A stretch of DNA of 64,000 nt from Candidatus Woesearchaeota archaeon (GTDB taxonomy: Archaea; Nanobdellota; Nanobdellia; SCGC-AAA011-G17; GW2011-AR17), in NCBI GenBank assembly GCA_964411565.1, contig CAYPLB010000001.1, positions 106,839 to 170,838 on the forward strand, read 5' to 3'. Below the pieces are notes generated by a model. That model saw only the letters and a list, made by a program, of their open reading frames with translations. It was not told the DNA's origin and did no database searches. The first letter of the stretch is position 1. Each line of letters starts with the position of its first letter. This document shows, piece after piece, positions 9,982 through 19,543 of the stretch. Both the position numbers and the translations under genes were made by a program.

Positions 9982-10854
9982 ATGTTTGTTGTAATTACTA
10001 TTCCTGCATATAATGAAGAGGAAACAATTCCTAGTGTTATAGAAGAAATTAAGTTAGTTATGAATAAAACTAAGTATAAATATAAAATCTTAGTTGTTGA
10101 TGATGGTAGTGTAGATAAAACTAGTGAGGTTTCTAAGAAAGCTGGAGCTATTGTTGTTAGAAAAAGACATAGTGGATTACTTGAAACTTTTAAAAGAGAA
10201 ATGAGTGAATGTTTGAAATTAAAAGCAGATATAATTGTACATACAGATGCTGATGGACAGTATCCTTCAGAATATATTCCACTTCTAATTGAAGAAATTG
10301 AGAAGGGAAATGATTTGGTTTTAGGAAGTAGGTTTAAAGGAGAAATTGAGTCAATGCCTTTTTTGAAATGGTTTGGTAATGTTGCTTTTGCAAAAGTGTT
10401 TACACAAATTTGTAAAACTGAAATTACTGATTCAACAACAGGATTTAGAGCTTTTAGAAGAGAAGTTGCAGAAGCGATAGAATATAATACTGATTTTACG
10501 TACACACAGGAACAATTGATTAAAGCTTCAAGGTTGAAGTTTAGAATAAAAGAAATTCCTATATATGCGAGAAAAACTCGAGAAAGTAGGTTGATGACAG
10601 GAGCATTTGATTATGCATTAAAAGCTTGGATAAATATTTTTAAAATATATAGAGATTATAAGCCTCTGGCATTTTTTGGGAAGATAGGAATTATGTTGTT
10701 GACTTTTGGGATGTTAATTGGTTTATACGTAGTTTATCATATTTTACAGTATGATGGGACTGGAGGGACTCCTAGGGTTGTTTTGTCAGCTTTATTGATA
10801 TTAACTGGTATGCAAATTGTGCTTTTTGGATTTATGGCAGATATGAAAAAATAA
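9982..10854 (+). CDS. GT2 glycosyltransferase (DPM1/AglJ-like) with two C-terminal TM helices
   Basis: IPAYNEE, VDDGSVD, HTDADGQY, LVLGSRF, DSTTGFRAF. Start moved from 9958 to ATG 9982, which lies about 24 nt after a TATA box. Confidence 0.9.
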   Translation: MFVVITIPAYNEEETIPSVIEEIKLVMNKTKYKYKILVVDDGSVDKTSEVSKKAGAIVVRKRHSGLLETFKREMSECLKLKADIIVHTDADGQYPSEYIPLLIEEIEKGNDLVLGSRFKGEIESMPFLKWFGNVAFAKVFTQICKTEITDSTTGFRAFRREVAEAIEYNTDFTYTQEQLIKASRLKFRIKEIPIYARKTRESRLMTGAFDYALKAWINIFKIYRDYKPLAFFGKIGIMLLTFGMLIGLYVVYHILQYDGTGGTPRVVLSALLILTGMQIVLFGFMADMKK

Positions 10855-10856
10855 TA

Positions 10857-10953
10857 TGTTAATTTTTTTTAACACTTGTTAGACTATTTTAACAAACCAA
10901 AGATTTATAAAGTTATGTTAATTTTATTTTACATATGTTAGGAATATTTAACA
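10857..10953. promoter_or_regulatory. Array of four palindromic operators TGTTA-N8-TAACA flanking the TATA box of the MNT-HEPN operon
   Basis: Copies at 10857, 10877, 10916 (one mismatch, TTACA) and 10936; TTTATAAA at 10904-10911. Confidence 0.8.
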
Positions 10954-11444
10954 AACTGAAACCTTTTTTTGAAGATAATTATAGAAGAATTAGTGTTAGA
11001 GAATATGCAAGGATTTTGAAAATAAGCCCTCCAAATGCTTCAGTAATTTTGAATAATTTTGTTAAGGAAGGATTATTATTGAAGGAGGAAGATAGAAGAT
11101 ATCATTTTTTTAGTGTAAATAGAAAAAGTAAAATGTTTGTTAAATTGCAACAATTGTATTATCAAGGAAAATTTAAATCTCTTTTTGAAGAAATTGAGAA
11201 AGAATTTGTAAGTCCTGTTATTATTTTATTTGGTTCTTTTGCAAAAACAGAAGTAAGTAAAAATTCAGATATTGATATTGCAGTTTTTTCAGTGAGTAAG
11301 AAAAAAATTAATTTGAAAAAGTATGAAAAAAAATATGGACGGGAAATTCAATTGTTTGTTTTTAAGGATAGAAAGAAATTAGAGAAAAATGAAGATTTGC
11401 TTAATAATATTTTAAATGGATTTATTGTTTCTGGGAGTTGGTAG
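10935..11444 (+). CDS. HTH plus minimal nucleotidyltransferase (MNT/MntA-like antitoxin)
   Basis: N-terminal wHTH (ISVREYARILKISPPNAS); LFGSFAK...SDIDIAV (GS-x10-DxD). Confidence 0.9.
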   Translation: MLGIFNKLKPFFEDNYRRISVREYARILKISPPNASVILNNFVKEGLLLKEEDRRYHFFSVNRKSKMFVKLQQLYYQGKFKSLFEEIEKEFVSPVIILFGSFAKTEVSKNSDIDIAVFSVSKKKINLKKYEKKYGREIQLFVFKDRKKLEKNEDLLNNILNGFIVSGSW

Positions 11445-11846
11445 ATGGACCTTGAAAATTGTAAAAAGAGAGGATTAGTTAAGGAAGTAAATGTGGATTT
11501 AAATAGAATGAAATCTCTTTTGAAAGTTGCAAAAAATAAAGAAAAAGCTTCTGATATTTTACCTGAAGAGTTTTTGGAATCAAAAATAAGTCTACTTTAT
11601 GATGCATTAAGGATGATTTTGGAATATTTAGCTTTGAAGGAAAATTTTAAAATATATAATCATGAATGTTATGTCTCCTTTTTGAAAGAAGTTTTGAATG
11701 AATCTCGTTTAGGAGATAAATTTGATGATTTTAGGAAAATAAGGAATTCTATAAATTATTATGGGAAAGAGTTGGATAATGATGAGGCTAGAGAAATTCT
11801 TTTGCAAATGAAGGATTTTATTAAGAAAATAAAGATGAGGAAGTGA
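11445..11846 (+). CDS. HEPN-domain protein (toxin partner of the MNT)
   Basis: Abuts the MNT gene (TAGATG); helical; HEC motif; RKIRNSINYY variant of the Rx4-6H motif. Confidence 0.8.
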   Translation: MDLENCKKRGLVKEVNVDLNRMKSLLKVAKNKEKASDILPEEFLESKISLLYDALRMILEYLALKENFKIYNHECYVSFLKEVLNESRLGDKFDDFRKIRNSINYYGKELDNDEAREILLQMKDFIKKIKMRK

Positions 11847-11883
11847 GTAAGTTTTTTAAAGAGTATTTTATTTCTTTTTTAGA

Positions 11884-12564
11884 ATGAGTAGTGAAGATTT
11901 TTATGGGAAAACATATGGAAAGGATTTTGATAAAAGTTTATATGATCTTCCTGAGATAAAGTTTAGAAGAAAGAAAGTTGTTCGTATGGTTGGAAGGAAT
12001 AAAAGAGTTTTAGATTTAGGTTGTTCTTTAGGAAATATCTCAAAAGGTTTGTTAGCAAATAGGAATGAAGTTTATGGGATAGATGTAGCAAAAGAATCTG
12101 TTGATTTCTGTAAGAAATTAGGAATTAAGGCAAAAGTACATAATGTAGAAGAAGGGAAGATGCCTTACAAAGATGATTTTTTTGATGTTGTTGTTTTTAG
12201 TGAAGTTGTTGAACATTTGTTTAACACAGATCATGCTATTAGAGAAATTTATAGAGTTTTGAAGAAAGGTGGATACTTAATTATTACAACTCCAAATATT
12301 GCAGCTCTGAATAGAAGGTTGAAATTATTTTTAGGTTTGAACCCTGGAATTGATTTAGGAATTGAGTCCAGTGGTGATGAGAGAGCAATTGGACATATTA
12401 GGTATTTTACTTTTGATAGTTTGAAGAAATTGTTGAGAAGGAATGGTTTGAGAGTTGTGCATATGTCAAGTGATGTTATTATGTTGAATAGATTGAGAAT
12501 GTATGAAATGGCGAAGATCTTTCCAAGGTTTGGTTATACTATTTATTTGAAAGCTCGGAAATGA
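11884..12564 (+). CDS. Class I SAM-dependent methyltransferase
   Basis: VLDLGCSLG, FDVVVFSEVVEHL, LKKGGYLIITTPN, GHIRYFT. Confidence 0.9.
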   Translation: MSSEDFYGKTYGKDFDKSLYDLPEIKFRRKKVVRMVGRNKRVLDLGCSLGNISKGLLANRNEVYGIDVAKESVDFCKKLGIKAKVHNVEEGKMPYKDDFFDVVVFSEVVEHLFNTDHAIREIYRVLKKGGYLIITTPNIAALNRRLKLFLGLNPGIDLGIESSGDERAIGHIRYFTFDSLKKLLRRNGLRVVHMSSDVIMLNRLRMYEMAKIFPRFGYTIYLKARK

Positions 12565-13612
12565 TCTCTAAGTTTTTGTTTACAAAATTTTTCCAAGTGA
12601 ATTTTTTGGATTGTTTAATTCCTTTTTTTGAAAGTTCTTTGGAATATTTTTTGTCTTTTATTATTTTAGTTATTTCTTTTGAAAGTTTTTTAAAGTCTTT
12701 CTCGTCGATAGTTATTCCTCCATTGCCAATTACTTCTGGTAGAGAAGATTTGTTTGAAGTAATTGTTGGAGTTCCACATGCCATTGATTCTAAAGGAGGT
12801 AATCCGAAACCTGCATAAGAACATAAGTAAATAGAAATGTCTGCAATGTTATAAAGATAGGATAAATCTTGTTCGGGGACATAATTAGTGAAAATAATGT
12901 CTTTTTGGAGGTTTAGTTTTTTAATTATTCTATTTAATTTTTTTCTCATTTCGGGGTAGTTTGACTTTCCTACTTTGATTAATTTTAAATTTGGTATTTC
13001 TCTTTGTGCAAGTTTGAATGCCTTTAGTAAAGTTAATAGATTCATTCTTGGTTCTTCATTTCCAACATAGATTAAATAATTATTTTCTTTAGGAAGATTG
13101 TATTTTTCTCTTATCTTTTTTAGATCTTTTATTGGTTTGTAGATATTATGGTCAACACCAATATGAGCAACTGTGATTTTTTCTTTTGGATATTTTAAAT
13201 GTTTTACAATTTCATCTTTTGTGAATTGTGAGATTGCAATTATATGATCTGCTTTGCACATTCCTCTGTAGGCAAACTTTGCTTTTATTTTTTGAAACTT
13301 TGTTCCATAAGGAAGTACTAAAGGTATAATATCATAACATAAAACAAGGGATTTTTTGAATTTAAAGAAGTTTAAGATATGTGCGTCAGCTTGTGAAAGT
13401 ATGTATGAAATAGAGTTTTTCCTTCTTTTTTTTATTGTGGATAAAGGTGCATCTGTTAGGAAATCAAGGAAATTAAGGATTCTATTTTTTGGTTTGTAAG
13501 AAATTATTCTTTTGTTAATATTCTTAGGAAGACCTTTTAGCAATTCTAACTTACATCTGTTCATACCAAAAATTTCTTTTGTATGTCTACCAAAGTATAA
13601 ATCTAGTTTCAT
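12539..13612 (-). CDS. GT4 glycosyltransferase (MtfB/WbpY-like)
   Basis: YDIIPL, IIAISQFTK, GFGLPPLESMACGTP, SSLPEV. Confidence 0.9.
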   Translation of the reverse strand: MKLDLYFGRHTKEIFGMNRCKLELLKGLPKNINKRIISYKPKNRILNFLDFLTDAPLSTIKKRRKNSISYILSQADAHILNFFKFKKSLVLCYDIIPLVLPYGTKFQKIKAKFAYRGMCKADHIIAISQFTKDEIVKHLKYPKEKITVAHIGVDHNIYKPIKDLKKIREKYNLPKENNYLIYVGNEEPRMNLLTLLKAFKLAQREIPNLKLIKVGKSNYPEMRKKLNRIIKKLNLQKDIIFTNYVPEQDLSYLYNIADISIYLCSYAGFGLPPLESMACGTPTITSNKSSLPEVIGNGGITIDEKDFKKLSKEITKIIKDKKYSKELSKKGIKQSKKFTWKNFVNKNLEIISELSNK

Positions 13613-13653
13613 TAGGTTTTTTGAAAAAGGTTTTGTATATAAATGTAGTGGAG

Positions 13654-15489
13654 TTATCCTTGAACCTTTGTTAGTAATAATGGGAAAAATTTTGGATAAG
13701 CTTTGTCTAAAATGTCATAGGCTTGGGAATATAAAACTCTTAATCTTTGTTGTTCTTGTGGATTGATTTTTCCATCAACTGTGTAAGTTCCTGAGCTATG
13801 GTTAATACTTACTTCTGATTGTAAAATTTCATTTTTGAAGTAAACGAAACCAGCTTGATGGTATAGAGAATGAAGAGGATGATGGAAATAACCTTTTAGT
13901 TCTTCATCTTGGTTTAATCTTGCTCTCCATCTGAATATTATTGAAGCAGCTTCATTACTATATCTTAAGGTGCAATTTTCAGTTTCAAGTTCTTTTTCTT
14001 GTTTAAAAATTGTTGTTTCTAATTGAGTTCTATATTCATCGTTTTTTAAGGATGGAGGTTTAAAAGCAGTTCTTCTTTCATGATTAGGATCAAGAATAAA
14101 TAATTTTCTTTCTAGCCTTCCAATTTCTTTTTTTCTTCTTTCATGTTCTTTTGCACCAATTAGTGGCCATCTTAGGAATGGATTTTGAGATTTTAAAATT
14201 ATTCTTTTTGTAGAAGATAATTGGAAAAGTGGATATTGTAAATCTAATATTTTAAATTTAATATCTTTAAGAGTTGGATCTTCTTCTTCAAGAAAAGATA
14301 ACATTTCTTGTTCATATTGTAAATTTCTTTTTCTATGATTAATGATAGGGATACTAGTTATGATTCCAGATGTTAGACATGCTCCAGCTGTTAATAACAT
14401 TCCAGGAATGGAACCTAATAAATATGGCATTGTACTAGCAGCTACAACACCTCCAATTAAAGCTCCAGATATTACAGGTAAGTGAGGGAATTCTTTTGTT
14501 TTTCTTTCTGCTGCTTCAATTATACTTGTTTGTTCAGAAAGTATTTGAGAAATGTCAGTTGTTGTTAATGTCAGTTTTTTGGATTTGTGTTTTGGTATTA
14601 TTGTTTCTACATAAGATTCTAAATCTGATTTTACTTCTCTTACTGTTTGATAATTTTTTGTTAAGTCTACAAGCAATAATTTATCAACAATGTTTTTTAA
14701 TCCTTCTGGGATTCTTTCAGGAAGTTTATATGGACTCACTCCTGTGATTCTGCTCATTAAAATTTCTCTTTTTAGTTCTCCTTCTAAAGCAAAAGCTGCT
14801 GAACAACCAAGAGCATATAAATCACATTTTGTATTACTCTCTCCAATTTCTTGAAGAGGGTGTCTGGTAGTTATAGAACCTACAGAAGTATAAGAAGTTC
14901 CTTCTCCACCTTTTTCTTTTGAAGTGTCCATGTCAATGATTCTAACGAATCCAATATCATCTACAATTAAATGTTCAGGCTTTATATCTCTATGAACAAT
15001 GTCTTGAGAATGTAAATATTCTAATCCTTCGGAAGTGCTAAGTAAGATAGGAGCTAATTCTTTTGCTGTAAGTCTTCCTTTTTCTTCAACCATTTCAGCT
15101 AAGCTTTTTCCTTGTGCTTTTTCTCTAATAGCTAAGAAAAAATCTTCATGTTCGATTACTTCTAATAGTTTTGGGAAGTGAGGATTATCTATGATTCTTG
15201 AGTTATTTAATCCTCTTCTTATTGCATTGAGTAAGGAATCATAGTCTGCATCTGCTAAATTACCAGCAACAAGTTTTGCAACATATTCATTTTCATTATT
15301 ATCTTTTAATTCAAAAACTAATCCTTGTCTACCTATACCTAAAGTATCTGTAATTTGGTATTCTCCAATTGTACCTGTAGGATATAATTCAAAAAAATCA
15401 TCAAATGTTCTTCGAAATCTTCTAATCTCTCTTTTATTCAATTTTTCTTCTAATTTTTGTCTAGGTAATAATTCAATAGCTTGTTGCAT
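13654..15489 (-). CDS. Hanks-type Ser/Thr protein kinase with central TM segments and a C-terminal domain of unknown function
   Basis: LGIGRQGLV, VAKL, IVHRDIKPEHL, IIDMD, CDLYALGC; hydrophobic hairpin at about aa 337-382. Confidence 0.85.
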   Translation of the reverse strand: MQQAIELLPRQKLEEKLNKREIRRFRRTFDDFFELYPTGTIGEYQITDTLGIGRQGLVFELKDNNENEYVAKLVAGNLADADYDSLLNAIRRGLNNSRIIDNPHFPKLLEVIEHEDFFLAIREKAQGKSLAEMVEEKGRLTAKELAPILLSTSEGLEYLHSQDIVHRDIKPEHLIVDDIGFVRIIDMDTSKEKGGEGTSYTSVGSITTRHPLQEIGESNTKCDLYALGCSAAFALEGELKREILMSRITGVSPYKLPERIPEGLKNIVDKLLLVDLTKNYQTVREVKSDLESYVETIIPKHKSKKLTLTTTDISQILSEQTSIIEAAERKTKEFPHLPVISGALIGGVVAASTMPYLLGSIPGMLLTAGACLTSGIITSIPIINHRKRNLQYEQEMLSFLEEEDPTLKDIKFKILDLQYPLFQLSSTKRIILKSQNPFLRWPLIGAKEHERRKKEIGRLERKLFILDPNHERRTAFKPPSLKNDEYRTQLETTIFKQEKELETENCTLRYSNEAASIIFRWRARLNQDEELKGYFHHPLHSLYHQAGFVYFKNEILQSEVSINHSSGTYTVDGKINPQEQQRLRVLYSQAYDILDKAYPKFFPLLLTKVQG

Positions 15490-15569
15490 TAGAAAAGAAA
15501 TTTTATTTTGATTTATAAGAATTGTTAAACTGCGAAAATATTAAATATAGGTTTATTATTAAGGTATTT

Positions 15570-16313
15570 ATGAATATGAAATATTTAGTAGGTTTGGTTC
15601 CTGCTGTTGGGATTATAACTGTTGGGACTATAGATATACATTCTATAGGGGATGATTTTAATGTTAGTGTTAAACAAGAAGGTTTGGAAGCTAAGTTTGA
15701 TATTTCTAATCCTGGATATAGAGATCATTGTTTGAGAAATTATGATATTATGGTTAGAATAGTTCAAGTGGAAGGTATGAAATATGCTGACCATGGAGAT
15801 GGTTATGAATTTGACTATGATTCTGCAGATTTACTATATAGAGCTCCTATTTGGAATGGTGATGGAAGTAGAGCTGCACCAACAGTAGGTGAGTTAATGT
15901 TACAAAGTGGAGTTTTAGTTGAAGATGGAGACAAAATATTGGTCTCTGAAGAATATAAATCAATAGTAAGTGAAGAAGAGGTAGAGAGAAGAAGAAAGGA
16001 AGAAAGTAATGTAATTTTTGTTGATCCAAATGAAGGAGGGCCAATAGGACTTTTTTATACAGTTGTAAGAATGGGTGGTAGATTTTTGAAACAAGTTAAT
16101 GAAGAGGATGATCATTTGCGACTTTATATTGCAAGAGTAGATCTACCTCTGATTGCAAGAGAATTGGAAGAGTCAAGGTTGCAAGTTGTTGAAGAAGAGG
16201 ACAGTTCTTTTGTGTTTAGTTGGCCTTGTTGTATTCCAAGTTTTAGAAGTTCAAAAGCAAAGGAAATGAGAGAAATGTATCCTGATCCAACTTTGGGAAA
16301 GAATTTTTTATAA
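15570..16313 (+). CDS. Hypothetical protein
   Basis: Long ORF with coding-like composition; ATG 15570 or 15576 follows a TATA-like element at about 15540. Confidence 0.6.
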   Translation: MNMKYLVGLVPAVGIITVGTIDIHSIGDDFNVSVKQEGLEAKFDISNPGYRDHCLRNYDIMVRIVQVEGMKYADHGDGYEFDYDSADLLYRAPIWNGDGSRAAPTVGELMLQSGVLVEDGDKILVSEEYKSIVSEEEVERRRKEESNVIFVDPNEGGPIGLFYTVVRMGGRFLKQVNEEDDHLRLYIARVDLPLIARELEESRLQVVEEEDSSFVFSWPCCIPSFRSSKAKEMREMYPDPTLGKNFL

Positions 16314-16375
16314 AAATTGGTTTTAATTTATTTCTTTTTTGAAAAATTTTCAGATTTTTTATAAATAGATTTATA

Positions 16376-16402
16376 TATTACTTAGTATTACTTTGTATTA
16401 TG
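16376..16402 (+). promoter_or_regulatory. Three TATTA direct repeats with a 10-nt period, probable RHH operator
   Basis: TATTACTTAG TATTACTTTG TATTATG lies between the TATA box (about 16358-16365) and the start codon. Confidence 0.6.
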
Positions 16403-16657
16403 GAAACAATAAGTTTGAAAATGGAAACTAAATTAATAAAAGATATTGATAGAGCAATGAAGAGACATAGATATTCTACAAGGACTGAATTTATTAGAGA
16501 TGCTATTAGGAATAAACTTGGAGCATTAGGTAAAGAAGAAGCTATTAGAAATTTAGAAAAATATTTTGGTAAAGGGAAGTCTAAGAATAAATTTTCAGAT
16601 CGAGAATGTAGAGAGTTAGCTTGGAAGGAATATGGTAGAAAATATAATTTAGATTAA
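16400..16657 (+). CDS. Ribbon-helix-helix (CopG/NikR-like) regulator or antitoxin
   Basis: METISLKME...IDRAMK...YSTRTEFIRDAIR. Confidence 0.85.
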   Translation: METISLKMETKLIKDIDRAMKRHRYSTRTEFIRDAIRNKLGALGKEEAIRNLEKYFGKGKSKNKFSDRECRELAWKEYGRKYNLD

Positions 16658-16714
16658 GTCTTCTGGTTTTTTAATCTCTAAATATCCTTCAAATATAATC
16701 TATTCTAGTATCAT
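16649..16714 (-). pseudogene. Probable remnant (C-terminal stub) of a PIN/VapC toxin gene convergent with the RHH gene
   Basis: Minus strand reads ATG ATA CTA GAA TAG ATT ATA TTT GAA GGA TAT TTA GAG ATT AAA AAA CCA GAA GAC TTA ATC TAA. The KKPEDLI* tail resembles small archaeal PIN protein C-termini. Confidence 0.4.
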
Positions 16715-16748
16715 AAAGCTTTTAAAATGATGAAATTGGATTTATTTT

Positions 16749-18437
16749 ATGTCTTTAAATAAGGAATTAAAGAAACTTATCTTATTATATTTAGCATTTG
16801 TTTTGGGGAAGGTTGTATTAGGGTTTTTTATTAGTTCTCCGAGTGCCTTAGGTGATGAGTATCTTTATTCAAAAATAGCTAGAAATCTCTTTGAATATAG
16901 TTCTAGCTTGTATCATGGAGATGTTTTAGCTCATAAGTATCTTCCTTTGTATCCTTTGTTTTTATCAATAGGATATCTATTTTCAAACATGGAAGTTGTA
17001 TACTTTGTAATGAAAGTAGTTAATGCATTTCTTTCATCAGCTATTATTTTTCCAGTTTATTATTTAGCAAGAGAATTTTTAGAATCAAGGAAAGCTTTTG
17101 TCGGAGCATTTTTAGTTTCAATATTTGTAGCAAATTTTAATGTATTTGCATATTTAATGTCAGAGAATTTATTCTATCCTTTGTTTATGTTATTTGTATT
17201 TTTAGTTTATTTTGCTTTTAAAACAGATAATAAATGGTTGTTTTTAATCTCTGGAATAGTTTTAGCTTTAGCTTATTGGGTTAGAGTTTTAGCTTTAGTT
17301 CTGATTCCAGTAGTTTTTGTGGTTTGGTTATTTAGAAGGACTAAATTTGTGAACCTAATTTGGCATTATGGCTTTGCTTTGCTCTGTGTGATCCCAATCT
17401 TTTTTAGAAATGTTGGAACTTATGGAGGGTCAGCAATGGCAGTGACTGGAGGTTATGGTGGTCCATTAGCTTTTATGGGTAACTTTATGACAAATCCTTT
17501 AGGATTTTTTAATTGGATTGCTTTATACTTTGCTTATGCATTGATTGCTACAGGATTTATTTTTGGATTTTATTTCTTGCTTGGATTGAAAGTTAAAGAT
17601 AAGGATTTTAAATTATTGTATATGATTACAGGAATTAGTTTTATTGTCAATGTTTTAGTTATTGCAAATCAAGCAAATGGAAGTGATTTATTGTATAATT
17701 CACCTTTCTTTCCTTTGTTTTCAAATAGACCTATAGGTCGATATTTTGATATGACTTTGTCCTTAGTTTTGTTAGTAGGGTATATTTCTTTTGAAAAATT
17801 TGAGTTTAAAGAGAAATTTATTAAATTTGCAATTGGATTTAGTTCATTGATTTTGTTGTTAGGTACACAGCTGACAATTGCAGCTTTATTTCCTTTCAAT
17901 AATATGGCATTATCTTTGTTGGGTGTGTTAGATTTATTTTTAGAATGGTTATTTTATGGTTCAATCTTTTTAGAGTTTACTTGGTTGCCTTTCATTATTA
18001 TTGCTTGTATATTATTTATTATTCCGTATACTCTTTTATTGTTTAGAAAAAATAAGAATTTAGTGTTTTATTTAGGTGCTGGGTTTATTGTTCTTACTAC
18101 AGTAGTTAGTTTCTGTTTGATTTCATTTAATGCTGCACATTATTGGGGAGATTCTGATCAAGCAGAGTTAGGTCATTGGTTCAATGAAAATGTGGAAGGA
18201 AATGTTTTGTTGGATGAAAGATTTGTCTCAGATAAATTGACTAAGTATACTTTGAATGAAGAATTGTTTAATGTAAGGAATGAATGGTCATTGTTTGGGT
18301 TTTGGGTTAATGAAGAAATTAGAGTTGGAAGTCCATATAATATTGAAGGATTTGATTATTTAGTTTCTATGGATGAAAACTTAGGTTATGATATTATAAA
18401 GAAAGAAGGAGACTTTATTTTGTATGAGTTAAAATGA
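16749..18437 (+). CDS. GT-C fold multi-pass membrane glycosyltransferase
   Basis: LGDEYLY loop, YLPLYP, MSENLFYP, GRYF; many TM helices. Confidence 0.8.
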   Translation: MSLNKELKKLILLYLAFVLGKVVLGFFISSPSALGDEYLYSKIARNLFEYSSSLYHGDVLAHKYLPLYPLFLSIGYLFSNMEVVYFVMKVVNAFLSSAIIFPVYYLAREFLESRKAFVGAFLVSIFVANFNVFAYLMSENLFYPLFMLFVFLVYFAFKTDNKWLFLISGIVLALAYWVRVLALVLIPVVFVVWLFRRTKFVNLIWHYGFALLCVIPIFFRNVGTYGGSAMAVTGGYGGPLAFMGNFMTNPLGFFNWIALYFAYALIATGFIFGFYFLLGLKVKDKDFKLLYMITGISFIVNVLVIANQANGSDLLYNSPFFPLFSNRPIGRYFDMTLSLVLLVGYISFEKFEFKEKFIKFAIGFSSLILLLGTQLTIAALFPFNNMALSLLGVLDLFLEWLFYGSIFLEFTWLPFIIIACILFIIPYTLLLFRKNKNLVFYLGAGFIVLTTVVSFCLISFNAAHYWGDSDQAELGHWFNENVEGNVLLDERFVSDKLTKYTLNEELFNVRNEWSLFGFWVNEEIRVGSPYNIEGFDYLVSMDENLGYDIIKKEGDFILYELK

Positions 18438-19543
18438 AAAAAGTTTTGTTTATTTTAGAAGATTTTTATCCTATGAAAGGAGCTCCTGCAGTAAGGATTA
18501 ATTCTTTTATTAAAAAATTTAAAGATTGTAAAGTTGAAGTTCTTGGTGGTTCAAGCGAAAAGGTTTACAAGAGAGGATGGTATATAATACATAGGCCTTC
18601 AGAAAGTAAGTTGTTTTCATTTATTTGGTTTTTAATAAAAATGAATGTAAAAGCTGTTTATTTAACTTTAATAAAAAGGTATGATCTTGTTGTTGTTTCT
18701 ATTCCTAAATATGAAGTTTTGTTGAGTTTTCCTTTAATTAAATTGTTGAGTAAGAAGACTGTTTTGGATATTAGAGATTCGTTTGAATTTTTGAGATATG
18801 ATTCTTATTTTAAACATTTTTTTCCAAGGGTAGTGGCAGAAGGTTTGGGTGCTTTTGTAAAAAATTATTTTGTGAGAGGATTTTTGAATGTAAGTTTTAA
18901 ATTAGCAGATTTGATTACTGTGGCAAATAGAGGTATTAAAAATTCTCTTTCAGGGTTAGATAATGTTTATGTTGTTTCTAATGGGGTAGATGTAGACTTG
19001 TTTAGGCCTAAAAATAAAATGAAAAAATCAAATTTACAATTAATTTATGTTGGTAATTATTCTGAAAAAGATAGATTTCATTGGATTCTAAATGTAGTCC
19101 CCAAATTTAATGTAACTTTGAATTTAGTTGGGAATGGTAGATGTAAAGGAAAAATTTTGAAAAAATTCAAGGAAAGAGATGTTGATTATGTTGATCATGG
19201 ATTTGTAAAACATGAAGATATGCCTAGAATTTTATCTTCAATGGATCTAGGTTTTATATTTAGAGATGCTGAAATTAATGAATCAATTCCTGTATCTGTT
19301 TATGAGTTTTGTGCAATGAATATTCCTACATTAATAAATGATGTTGGTATTATGTCTAAGTTTGTTAAAGAAAATAATTTAGGATTTGTTTTGAGAAGTC
19401 AAGAAGATTTTCAAGTATTAATGAAGAACTTTGTAATAAATCGAGGTGAATTGAGTAAATTTTCTAATTTACATACTTTAGCTGTTGATAATTTTTCTAG
19501 GAAAAAAGAAGCTGAGAAATTTAGAAATCTAGTTTTAAGTTAG
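18434..19543 (+). CDS. GT4 glycosyltransferase
   Basis: EDFYPMKGAPAVR, VLDIRD, VVSNGVD, SIPVSVYEF; ATGA overlap with the upstream gene. Confidence 0.8.
   Translation: MKKVLFILEDFYPMKGAPAVRINSFIKKFKDCKVEVLGGSSEKVYKRGWYIIHRPSESKLFSFIWFLIKMNVKAVYLTLIKRYDLVVVSIPKYEVLLSFPLIKLLSKKTVLDIRDSFEFLRYDSYFKHFFPRVVAEGLGAFVKNYFVRGFLNVSFKLADLITVANRGIKNSLSGLDNVYVVSNGVDVDLFRPKNKMKKSNLQLIYVGNYSEKDRFHWILNVVPKFNVTLNLVGNGRCKGKILKKFKERDVDYVDHGFVKHEDMPRILSSMDLGFIFRDAEINESIPVSVYEFCAMNIPTLINDVGIMSKFVKENNLGFVLRSQEDFQVLMKNFVINRGELSKFSNLHTLAVDNFSRKKEAEKFRNLVLS

Noticed and set aside
9954..10505. 183-aa minus-strand ORF
   Set aside because: Fully antisense to the well-supported GT2 at 9982-10854, with no motifs of its own
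10857..10953. Possible mini-CRISPR or transposon end
   Set aside because: The units are 18-bp palindromes separated by only 2-21 nt, with no unique 30-40 nt spacers, cas genes or transposase; an operator array fits better
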